Assembly (NCBI GenBank): GCA_951406725.2
Contig: OX597842.1
Coordinates: 620,001-684,000, forward strand
DNA: 64,000 bases
Reading direction: 5' to 3'
Source of the DNA: Octopus vulgaris
Lineage: Eukaryota
The notes beneath the pieces were generated by a model that saw only the letters and a program-made list of their open reading frames with translations, made no database searches and was not told the origin of the DNA. A program made the translations under genes and the position numbers. Of the stretch, positions 52,489 to 64,000 are shown piece by piece; position 1 is the stretch's first letter; each line of letters starts with the position of its first letter.

Positions 52489-53548
52489 AACCAAATCAAA
52501 ATAGATGAACATCAATGGAATTTGTATCTTTGTGGTAAAATTAGTGCCGGTGGCACATAAGAAAACCATCCGAACGTGGCCGTAGCCAGTACCGCATCGA
52601 CTGGGCTCCATGCTGTGGGCATGTAACAAACACCATCCGATCATGGCCGTTTGCCAGCCTCGTCTGGCACCTGTGTCGGTGGCACATAAAAAACACCATC
52701 CGAGCATGGCTGTCTGCCAGCCTCATCTGGCACCTGTGTCGGTGGCACATAAAAAACACCATCCGAGCGTGGCCGTCTGCGCAGCCTCGTCTGGCACCTG
52801 TGTTGGTGGCACATAAAAACACCATCGGAGCGTGGCCGTCTGCCAGCCTTGTCTGGCACCTGTGTCGGTGGCACATAAAAACACCGTCCGAGCGTGGCCG
52901 TCTGCCAGCCTCGTCTGGCACCTGTGTCGGTGGCACGTAAAAACACCATCCAAGCGTGGCTGTCTGCCAGCCTTGTCTGGCACCTGTGTTGATGGCACAT
53001 AAAAAACACCATCCAAGCGTGGCTGTCTGCCAGCCTCGTCTGGCACCTGTGTTGGTGGCACATAAAAAACACCATCGGAGCATGGCCGTCTGCCAGCCTC
53101 TTCTGGCACCTGTGTTGGTGGCACATAAAAAACACCATCCGAGCGTGGCCGTTCGCCAGCCTCTTCTGCCACCTGTGTTGGTGGCACATAAAAAACACCA
53201 TCCGAGCGTGGCCGTCTGCCAGCCTCGTCTGGCACCTGTGTTGGTGGCACATAAAAAACACCATCCGAGTGTGGCCGTCTGCCAGCCTCGTCTGGCACCT
53301 GTGTTGGTGGCACATAAAAAACACCATCCGAGCGTGGCCGTTTGCCAGCCTCGTCTGGCACCTGTGTCGGTGGCACATAAAATCACCCACTACACTCTCG
53401 GAGTGGTTGGCGTTAGGAAGGGCATCCAGCTGTAGAAACACTGACAGATCTGACTGGCCTGGTGCAGCTTTCGGGCTCCCCAGACCCCAGTTGAACCGTC
53501 CAACCCATGCTAGCATGGAAAGCGGACGTTAAAGGATGATGATGATGA
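52486..53548 (+). mobile_element. RTE 3' UTR copy with expanded 63-bp VNTR
   Basis: Reverse complement of 51087-51520, but with 12 units of ~63 bp (52618-53371) instead of 2. Confidence 0.9.
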
Positions 53549-53649
53549 TATATATATATATATATATATACATACATACACAGACACACATGAGAGGCGT
53601 CTTTCAATTCTCCAGTTATCATGTGTGTGTGTGTGTGCATGCATGCATC

Positions 53650-54067
53650 TCTTTTACTCTTTTACTTGTTTCAGTCATTTGACTGTGGCCATGCTGGGGC
53701 ACCACCTTTAGTCAACAATATCGACCCAGGACTTATTCTTTGTAAGCCTAGTACTTATTATATCGATCCCTTTTGCCGAACTGCTAAGTTACGGGGACGT
53801 AAACACACCAGTATCAGTGGTCAAGCGATGTTGGGGGGACAAACACAGACACACAAACATATACACACGTATATATATATATATATACATATATACATAT
53901 ATACGACAGGCTTCCTTCAGTTTCCGACTACCAAATCCACTCACAAGGCTTTGGTTGGCACAAAGCTATAGTAGAAGACACTTGCCGAAGGTATCACGCA
54001 GTGGGACTGAACACAGAATCATGTGTCTGGTAAGCAAGCTACTTACCACACAGCCACTCCTGCACCT
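53650..54067 (-). mobile_element. SINE family 1
   Basis: Matches the family 1 consensus. Confidence 0.85.
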
Positions 54068-54126
54068 ATGTATGTATATATATATACATATACATATATA
54101 TATGCATGTATGTAGGTATATATATA

Positions 54127-54332
54127 ACGGGAAGCTTTATGAAAATAGACAAAAGACGAAGGCAGGTGGAAAACAAACGAACAATTGTATTAGTATGGCG
54201 CTCAGGAAATATAAATAAAACAAGTCTTTAACGTTTCGAGCCTACGCTCTTCAACAGAAAGATACACAGAGAGAAAAAAAACACAGAAAGAAGGAGAGAA
54301 AAAAAATGCGTGCAGTAACTAACAAATCAACA
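54127..54332 (-). mobile_element. Family B hammerhead-like element
   Basis: TCTTT-CTGTTGA-A-GAGC-GTAG-GCTC-GAAA-CG-TT-AAAGA on the minus strand. Confidence 0.7.
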
Positions 54333-55259
54333 TGTATATAAATACACACACACACACACACACACACACATATGCACATGAGAGGCTTGTTTCAAGTTTC
54401 CATTTATCAAATTCATTCATAAGGCTTTTGCCAGCCTGTGGCTATAGAAGAAAACACCTACAGTGCCATGCAGTAGGATTGAACCTAAATCCACGTGGTT
54501 CGGTGCAGGCTTTTAAACCCACCCCCCCCCAGTCACACCAGCACCTATATCTATGTGAAGACAAATAGCTTTTCGGCTAAGATTCAACCTAACAATGTCA
54601 GCAAAAAGAGAAGACAACTGCCATAGTGTCTTGGAGTGAATATACATTCACGTCTATACAGACGCACTTGCACAAAACCATGTGACTAACTCACAGACAT
54701 AAATTTCATTCATGTGAATGTGTGTGTACGTACATATGTACTTATGTGTGTGCATATATATATATATATACATACATATATATAGACACATATATACATA
54801 TACATGTATATATATATATATACACATATATATATATACATATACATGTATATATATATATATGTACACATATATATATACATATATACATATATATGTA
54901 TATATATTCATATATATATATACATATACATGTATATATATACACATATATATACATATATATGTATATATATTCATATATATATACATATACATATATA
55001 TATACATATATACATATACATGTATATATAATCATATATATATACATATATACATATACATGTATATATATATATAACATATATATATATATATATATAT
55101 ACATACATATACATATACATGTATATATAATCATATATATATACATATGGACATATATATATACATAGTTGCAATATGCACATATGTGTGCATGTGTGTG
55201 TGTACATGTATAAATATATATGTAACATATATTCTCATGCACACACATATACATACACA

Positions 55260-55309
<50 letters not shown>

Positions 55310-55688
55310 AATGTATGTATACATCTACATATACAGATACATACAACACATATAAAGACACACATGTACTCACCGCACAAACACATTCTTAACACACCCT
55401 GACATATCCACACATGCCACACACACACCTATATACATATATACGCCGGCATTAAACAAGATCTTAAAATAAATCTCGAAATCTAGTTAAGGGTTCCAGA
55501 GAGAATTTGACCGTTTTGATTTGCAAATGTCTTTGGTTGTTAAAGGATTCTGTTAGTTTTTATTTTGTAGTGAGGAATATGGTTTGGTAAGTCTTCTAAT
55601 TGGAAAGCGTTGTGCAGGTGAATGGTGGTTGTCGGATGGATTTGTGGTGGGTGGATGGGTATGCAGGTATGTAGATACACACACACAC

Positions 55689-55719
<31 letters not shown>

Positions 55720-55860
55720 CATGTTTACTTGTGTGTATTTACATACATATAGTATGCATATATATATATATACATACACATCTATATAAAAATTGCATAT
55801 ATACATATGTATGTATACACATGCATATATATACATAAGCATATATTCACACATGTATAT

Positions 55861-55899
<39 letters not shown>

Positions 55900-56141
55900 C
55901 TACATATATATAATATATATTATCACATGTACATACATTCACATAGATACATACTTATGCACACATATACATTTATATCTTTACATACACATGCACACAT
56001 ACATATGTGTGTGTATAAGTGCACATACCTACTATGTACACACACATACACAGATATATGAGCATTTATGTATATATGTATGTGTTTTGTGTGTGTATGT
56101 GCGTGTGTTTGTGAGTGTCCATATGTATAATTTATACTGAA

Positions 56142-56174
<33 letters not shown>

Positions 56175-56327
56175 CATTGTGTGTTTGAATAATAAAGGAA
56201 TGTATATATGTTTATATACTTTCTACAATACATGAATATATATATACTATTCATGCATAAATTGTATGCATGTGTGTTGTGCGGTGTATATATATATCAT
56301 CATCATCACCATCATTGTTTAACGATG

Positions 56328-56378
<51 letters not shown>

Positions 56379-56452
56379 TCTTCATATATACATATCCCCA
56401 ACAATATATTTGCATTTATACATATATTGTTGATAAAGTTGATTGTTGAGAA

Positions 56453-56505
<53 letters not shown>

Positions 56506-56911
56506 ACAATTTACACGCTATATCAACAATATACAGACCCAAATACATATATACATTTAACAACATTAACAAACACTACCTACATTAAATACACATGTAT
56601 ATACACTCACATCGACCTTTCATACACTACCAACAGTACATAGTCAAAAATAAACATACACTGCAACTTATATATATATATATGTGTACCATAAGCACAG
56701 ACATTTCTACCAAAGGCTGTGTGGTTAAGAAACACACTTTGCAGCCACATGGTTTCAGGTTCAGTCCTAGTCTGCAGCACCTTTGTCAAGTATCTTTTAC
56801 AATAGCTCTGGGCCAACCTGTGCTGTGTGGGTGAATTTGATAGGCAGAAACTGTATTGAAGCCCATCGATTTTATCTATTTACATGTCTGTTTGTCTATC
56901 TATTTATCAGG

Positions 56912-57312
56912 CAGGGGTTGTCAATAATTACTCAGGGTAGACAGTTGGTGTAGTTTATGTTGTAAAACACACAAAAATAAGCGAAACACAGGTGTGCGAC
57001 TGAGTTGAAGGCAGATTTACTTTTGCCTTTATAGCACATAAAGAAAACATTGTTGTAGGAGTGTATGCAGCATGTGTACTACAGCAGTTCTATGCATAGC
57101 TTTAATACTGAGATTGAAAAGCAGGGGTGAATTATGCCTACCTAATCTACAAAAACATAAAATATTTTGCATTTTATGCAGAGTAATCAGAGTAACCTTC
57201 ATAATTTTATTGAATTAGGTGCATATTTTGCCATAAAAGGAAAATGTTGCTATTGATCTATTTCATTCAGGGTAGGCACTGCCTACCTTGCTACCTAGGC
57301 AGCACGTCCCTG
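56912..57312. mobile_element. Possible hAT-type MITE relic
   Basis: cagggg... start and ...cacgtccctg end, with subterminal ggtaggca/tgcctacc palindromic motifs. Confidence 0.4.
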
Positions 57313-57344
57313 ATATTTAGCTATCTATCTAATCCCTCTTTCTC

Positions 57345-57531
57345 TCTATGTGTCTCTCTCTCTGTCTATCTATCAATCTATCTATGTGTCAATCTAACCT
57401 GTCTGCCTGTCCCTAATGTCTCTCTCTCTCTCTTTCTCTATCCATCTATCTATCTATCTATCTATCTATCTATGTGTCAATCTAATCTGTCTGCCTGTCC
57501 CTAATGTCTCTCTCTCTCTCTTTCTCTATCC

Positions 57532-57565
<34 letters not shown>

Positions 57566-57635
57566 GTGTCAATCTAACCTGTCTGCCCGTCCCTAATGTC
57601 TCTCTCTCTTTTATCTATCTATCTGTCTGTCTATC
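57345..57635. repeat. ~90-bp compound tandem repeat, 3 copies (CT, CTAT and a short unique core)
   Basis: atgtgtcaatctaa.ctgtctgcc.gtccctaatgtc occurs three times. Confidence 0.9.
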
Positions 57636-58194
57636 TGAGGTCCTGGTAGGGGACAAAAACAAGGCATTTCCAACGTAGCACTCACTCTGAGACTTAGGCA
57701 GTCTACACTGTCGGATTGCTGATCCACATCAAAACGTTTCTGGTGTAGAAAATCCAGGTTCCACAACAATAAAACTATTGTGTGAGTTAATTTTTTTTTC
57801 TCTCTCTGGTTGAGTAACCATGTACCTCCTCTGCAGCGAGACACATGTTTCTGTCTCACTCTCTCCCTGTCACACTCTAACCTTTCATCATCTGACACAA
57901 AACCACCACCTCCAATGCCCCCTTCTCTCTCTCAAAGGGTCTTGGTTTTGCAAGTTACCTGGTGACCCTGTCCAGTATTGGTGCCACATAAAAAGCTCTC
58001 AGTCCACTCTGCTGGGTGGTTGGCATTTGGAAGGGCACCCAGCTGTAAAAGCCTTGCCAAAAATGACCTCACCTGTGCTGGTGCCAGATAAAAGGCATTC
58101 AGTCCACTCTGCTGGGTGGTTGGCATTTGGAAGGGCACCTAGCTGTAAAAAACCATGCCGTAACAGACACAGAAACCTGGTGCAGTAGCTAGAG

Positions 58195-58570
58195 CCTGTT
58201 AGAAATAGCAGCCAAATCTCCCTCAAATCACACCCTACTGTCTTATATATGTAGATATGTATGTATGAGCCAATGAGGGAGACCACTACATGGTAGCTAG
58301 ACCTGGTAGAAATAGAAACCAAGTCTGTCAAATAACATGCGGATTTCTGAAACTATGAAGGTCAGACTGGATAATGTGATGTCTCATAGCTGGATATGTC
58401 TGAATACTTCTACAACAACAACTGTAACCATTAAAACTAACTTCTATACTATACATTAAATAATGTAGTCCTAGATACACTATGCCTGAATAAAAGATGG
58501 GATGGTCACAGCTGGAACATCTTTGGTTATAGGTCTGCTGGATCAGGACTGACCTTGGGTTAAACAGCAA
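58195..58570 (+). mobile_element. Dispersed repeat whose 3' end equals the ~150-bp satellite unit
   Basis: agaaatagcagccaaatctccc upstream (also at ~46318), then one satellite unit ending ggg.taaaca.caac. Confidence 0.55.
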
Positions 58571-58983
58571 CTCCACAACCCAGCACTCACGACAGGAAAG
58601 CAACACAAACAGCTAAACACATACATGCAAACACACACACACACAAAATGACTCCACCCACTAAACACTACATTTGTAGGCCACACCCCCTCTCACCTTG
58701 GAGTTTGTCCCTGATTGGCTGAACAAACCTAGCCCCTCAAATTTATCTTGTCTAACTCCACCCATTTATCCTCTATATGAGTCTGTGTCAGCAAATGTGT
58801 GTGTGTGTGTGTATACTTGTGTTTGTGTGTGTGTAAACTTGTATCATTGGGCTTATTTATGTTTGTGTATGTATGCATGTATATATGAATGTGTGTATAT
58901 ATACATGTGTATGTCTAAGCAGAAACACATGTTGAATATGTGTGTATATATGTATGTTTGTATAAAATATGTACTTATATTTA

Positions 58984-59037
<54 letters not shown>

Positions 59038-59346
59038 CATGGGTATGTATTTGTATGTATATGTGTGAATGTAAATATGTATGTATATGTATGTGTGTGT
59101 ATGTGTTTATACATATATATGTATATATATATCTAAATATGTGTATAAGTGTGTGTGTGAATGTAAGTAAATATGTATGTATATGCAATGTGTGTGTGTA
59201 TGTGTTTATACATACATATATATATGTGTATGTATATATCTAAATATGTGCATAAATGTGTATGTGTATATGAATGCATGTATGTGTGTGTGAGTGTGTA
59301 TTTGTATTATATGGTTGTAGGTGTATGTACTTATGTGTGCACATGA

Positions 59347-59385
<39 letters not shown>

Positions 59386-59779
59386 TATGCATGTGTGTAT
59401 GTATATATGAATGTATGTATGCATATATGCATGTATGTGTGCATATATGTATGTGTGTGTGAGTACTGCTAAGTTACAGGGACATAAACACACTGACGTC
59501 GGTTGCCACGAGATGGTGGGTGGGTGTGTGGGACAAACACAGACACACAAACACATAAATACATACATACATACACACATACATATATATACATATACGA
59601 CGGGCTTCTTTCAGTTTCCGTCTACCAAATCCACTCACAAGGCTTTGGTCAGCCTGAGGCTATGGTAGAAGAAACTTGCCCAAGGTGCCATGCAGTGGGA
59701 CTGAACCCGGAACCGTGCGGTTGGGAAGCAAGCTTCTGACCACACAGCCACATCTGTGCCTACATGTATATATATATAT

Positions 59780-59955
59780 ACCGGAGTAAACAGATAAATG
59801 TGAAACAAGGTGGAAAAAAGAGTACTCAAATACCAGTGGTAGAGTAATATGCTTTATTTAAAGCAGCAGAAAATTCAACAAAACCTGTTACTCTGAGTTT
59901 CACGTTGCCATTCAGAGTAACAGGTTTTGTTGAATTTTCTGCTGCTTTAAATAAA
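59780..59955. mobile_element. PLE-like inverted pLTR remnant in a TA tract, with a perfect 44-bp hairpin
   Basis: 59853-59896 is the exact reverse complement of 59912-59955; 15-nt loop. Confidence 0.75.
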
Positions 59956-60229
59956 ATATATATATATCTATATATATTAGTCAAATAATGCAGGCATCTT
60001 TCATAAGACCTAAATAAGGATTGAAAATCTATTCATTTTACGAGCAGTGCCCCAGCATGGCCAGAGCCCTTGGACAAAAATGCATAAAAGAATAAAAGGA
60101 TGTGTGTGTATGTGAACCTATGAAAGAAACCCCTACAGGTTATCTGACTCTGCAAGACATAACAGCCAGGTACCCAGATGTACTACAAATCTTAGTGTAT
60201 TGTCATGAGGTCAGCCAAAGTAGAGCAGC

Positions 60230-61172
60230 AGCAACAACAACAATACCACCAGTACTACTACCACCACCACTACAATGTTACTACAGTGCAACCACAACAA
60301 GAATACTATGTTGCTATAGCATTATCTTATCTGCACCATCACCACTGTGAGTACCACTACCTGTACTGTTATCATCACTGTACTCTAGAATAACATTGCA
60401 CCACTGTCACTACCACCAATACCATAATCATGATTATCATCACTACCACTGCTGCCACCACCACTACCATCTCTATCACCATCACCACCACAAACACCAC
60501 TACCAACTACACCACCACCATCACCACTACCATTTTTATCACCACCATCATCATCACCACTAACACCACTAGAACCATCGCCATCATTCCACCCCCATCA
60601 CCACCAACAATACCATCATTACCACCACCACCATCACCACTACCATCTCTATCACCATCACCACCACCAACACCATACCACCATCACCACCAACAATACC
60701 ATCATTACCACCACCACCATCACCACTACCATCTCTATCACCATCACCACCACCAACACCATCACCACCATCACCACCAACAATACCATCATTACCACCA
60801 CCACCATCACCACTACCATCTCTATCACCATCACCACCACCAACACCATCACCACCATCACCACCAACAATACCATCATTACCACCACCACCATCACCAC
60901 TACCATCTCTATCACCATCACCACCACCAACACCATCACCATCATCACCACTAACACCACTTGCACCATCGCCAACATTACCACCACCATCACCACCAAG
61001 AACACCATCATCACCATCACCACCACTACCATTTTTATCACCATCACCACCACCATCACCACTATCATCTCTATCACCACCACCACCATCACCACCACTA
61101 CCATTTTTATCACCATCACTACTACCACCACCAAAAACACTACCATCTCTATCACCATCACCACCACCATCT
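60230..61172. repeat. (CAC/CAT)n low-complexity tract with ~87-bp higher-order repeat (4 copies)
   Basis: ccaccaacaataccatcattacc recurs at 60601, 60687, 60774 and 60861. Confidence 0.92.
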
Positions 61173-61993
61173 CTTCAATCAACCTGCCCCCCACTGATGA
61201 CATTCCCACCCCCACATGCAGCAGGTGCTTGAAGAGAATGCTAACTTATCATTTTAGCTGACTTCGCAGTTGTGTGTGTATGTGTGTGTGTGAAAGTGTG
61301 TCTACATGTGTAACAGTGTGTGTGTGTGTATGTCTGTATGTGTGAATGTATGTGCGTATCTGTATGTATGTGTGTATGCATGTGTGGATATGTGCATGTA
61401 TATATGCATGTATGTGTGTATGTTTTTGTATGTATGTGTGTATGCATGTGTGGATATGTGTATGTATATATGTATATATGCATGTATGTGTGTATGTATG
61501 TATAATTGTATCTGTGTGTGTATGTATAGATGTATATGCATGTGTATGTATAATTGTATGTGCGTATATGTATGCATATGTGTGTGTATGTATGTATAAT
61601 TGTATGTGTGTATGAGTGTATGCATGTATGTATGTGTATATGAGTGAGAGAAAGTGTGTTTGTGTAATGTGTGAGAAAATATAACAGTATATGTGTGTGT
61701 ATGCATGTATGTGCGTTTGTGTATGTATATACTGTATTACAGAGAAAGCATACACATGTACTGATGTGTGAAGGTGTATATATGTAAGGAGAAGGCAAGA
61801 GTGTGTGTATGCGTGAGTGCATATGTGTATGGGTGTGTGTGTGAATGTGCATGTGTTTGTATGTATGTAGTTTGTGTGCTGCGTGTATATATATTGTGTG
61901 TGCATCTGTGTATATGCAGTGTGCTAGATAATGTGAATTAGTAGTGTGTGTGTGTATATATACATATATATATATGCACCGAGATGTGTATAC

Positions 61994-62042
<49 letters not shown>

Positions 62043-62189
62043 GAATATATATATATATACACACACATGCATACACACACACACACTCTGTTCCTTAACT
62101 CTTGTATATATATATGTACACGCACACAAACACACAAAGATAAGTAGACAAACACATACATACACACATCTACCCACGCATATGCGCTA

Positions 62190-63074
62190 TTAAAGCAACG
62201 AGCCATGATAAACGATGGCAAGAAAAACCCCTTCATGGTAAATACTGCACTAAACTAAACGCAAAAGAAATAGACAAAGAAAAATCCCAGCAATGGTTGA
62301 GAAGCTCAGGACTCAAAGCAGAAGCAGAGGGATTTTTAATTGCAGCACAAGACCAAAGCCTCCCCACCAGAAATTACCAAAGACATGTAATGAAAAGAAA
62401 TATTACAAGTAACTGCAGAATATGTGGAGATGGACAAGAAACAATAAATCATATTATCTCTAGCTGCCCAGTCTTGGCTAAGAAGGAATATATTCACAGA
62501 CATGACAGAGTTGGAACCTACATACATTGGAAGCTATGCCAACATTATGGAATAACAACAGAAAAAAGATGGTATAGGCACACACCAGAAAAGGTCACAG
62601 AAAACGAGAAAGCAACCATACTCTGGGATATGCCGATACACACAGATAGAGAAATTAAGGCCAACAGACCAGATATAGTTGTCAGAGATCATGAAGAAAA
62701 AAATGCTTTCTAATTGATGTATCAATACCAGCAGATGACAACGTGTCTCTAAAAGAAATGGAGAAACTCTCAAAATACAAAGACCTGGAAATAGAGGTAA
62801 CTAGAATGTGGAATCTGAAAACAGAAACAATTCCTACCATAGTAGGTGCATTAGGCATGATAAAAAAATATTCAGATAAATACATAACAAAAACACCAGG
62901 ACTTACAAACACATATAACATACAGAAAATTGCACTACTAGGCACTGCACACATCCTACGCAGAACACTTTCCATACAATAACCATCAGAGCATCACAAC
63001 AAATCACAGCACATACCCAAGGCACACAGAGCTGCGCTCGGTAGTGAAGTGAAAGCACGCTATAAAAATAACTA

Positions 63075-63105
<31 letters not shown>

Positions 63106-63107
63106 TA

Positions 63108-63140
<33 letters not shown>
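62190..63140 (+). mobile_element. 5'-truncated R4/Dong-clade non-LTR retrotransposon with (TAA)n tail
   Basis: AAQDQSL, CCHC knuckle CRICGDGQETINHIISSC, RHD, RPDIVV...LIDVSIP...EKLSKY restriction-like endonuclease; one frameshift in the A-run at ~62700; stop at 62982. Confidence 0.92.
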
Positions 63141-63145
<5 letters not shown>

Positions 63146-63315
63146 TGGTGATGGTGGTGAAGATGATAGTAATAACAATAATAACTGACAGATCCCGTCT
63201 TTTTCCCTTTCTTTTCGTTTCCTTCTCCGTATTTTATTCTCATTATTTCGAACTAATACAGACACAGTAAGCCTTGAAGAAAGGAAGAGGAGGAAAAAAA
63301 AAAAAAAAAAAAAAA

Positions 63316-64000
63316 ATGTCCGTAGATAAAACTATCAACAAAAAAAATACAGACGAATATAGATCTGCTAGTCTTAAGAAGCGGCGCTATGAGCAATGCT
63401 TACATGTAGTGAACCCTAAACTGACAGATCCATCTCCTAATATAAGAATGGATGCTCGTCATGCTTCAAGGTCAACAAATCAAACAATAAACCGCATTGG
63501 TCATTGCGCGGATTACAAAAGACCACGTACCCGAAAATTGAACCAAATCCTGATTGAAAAATCAGTTACTGGATCAAATCTTCCCAACACACAAGAGCTG
63601 GACGAACCCCACAACCGGAATATTCCAACAGATGGCCATCCATGCTCATCACCAAATAATCAAAAGAAAAAGAAGGAAAAATGGTCTAGGGAAGATAATA
63701 AAGAAGTTCTTGAGGCCTTCTACCATGCCATATATTTCCCCACAGATAAGTCTAGCACTGTACAAGCATACTTAAACTGGAGACAGAAACACCCTGAAGT
63801 AAGACCCTACATAGACAGTAACAAGCTTGCCAATGTTAGAAGAAACATTATAAAAAAGAAATTACTGACTGAAGTAGAGATTGATCAGGTTAGACAAGCA
63901 ATATCGGATAAAATGAACGAAGCTGCAGCTAGAGAAGATAATACAGAGGAAATGATTATAGACCAGCCCAGGGCGGATAAAAACGAAGAGAGGATCGAAA
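63316..64000 (+). CDS. N-terminus of an R4/Dong-type retrotransposon polyprotein (open to window end)
   Basis: Hand translation from ATG 63316 has no stop in 228 codons and includes KWSREDNKEVLEAFY...WRQKHP...KLANVRRNIIKKKLLTEVEI, a Myb-like segment typical of R4/Dong N-termini. It follows a (TAA)n tract. Confidence 0.75.
   Translation, partial: MSVDKTINKKNTDEYRSASLKKRRYEQCLHVVNPKLTDPSPNIRMDARHASRSTNQTINRIGHCADYKRPRTRKLNQILIEKSVTGSNLPNTQELDEPHNRNIPTDGHPCSSPNNQKKKKEKWSREDNKEVLEAFYHAIYFPTDKSSTVQAYLNWRQKHPEVRPYIDSNKLANVRRNIIKKKLLTEVEIDQVRQAISDKMNEAAAREDNTEEMIIDQPRADKNEERIE

Noticed and set aside
52541-53516. Repeat proteins (MCHQHRCQTRLADGH...) or CRISPR array
   Set aside because: 63-bp tandem units within an RTE 3' UTR, open in several frames, with no unique spacers.
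60430-61215. His-rich or Thr-rich protein gene
   Set aside because: Trinucleotide low-complexity tract, open in multiple frames with frame switches; no splice or domain evidence.

Overview
Eukaryotic, repeat-saturated, AT-rich DNA. The SINE repertoire and microsatellite load suggest a coleoid cephalopod, probably Octopus (inference). No host protein-coding exon could be supported; most ORFs in the supplied track are translations of (TA)n/(CA)n/(GATA)n/(CAC)n tracts or SINEs. The main element is a near-intact, young Penelope-like retroelement (PLE, Neptune-type RT + C-terminal GIY-YIG) at 2386-7442 on the minus strand, inserted in (TA)n and bounded by identical 116-bp direct repeats. It has a separate 542-aa ORF1 that overlaps the RT frame by -1 at a correctly phased U_UUU_UUA_GGG slippery heptamer, a candidate gag-pol-like programmed frameshift; an indel is the competing explanation. 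The window also holds many small elements with type I hammerhead ribozyme folds, mostly embedded in (TA)n tracts. They include canonical cores (1110-1154, 52259-52340), recurrent variant cores, a tRNA-promoter plus hammerhead element with PLE-style inverted ends, and a perfect 44-bp hairpin. Other content: about 30 copies of one tRNA-derived SINE plus two more SINE families, RTE, CR1-like and R4/Dong LINE pieces (including an R4-type ORF open from 63316 to the window end that the ORF track missed), mariner/Tc1, hAT and Helitron/Helentron relics, a probable solo LTR, and several minisatellites and local tandem duplications. Boundaries of degenerate repeats are approximate.
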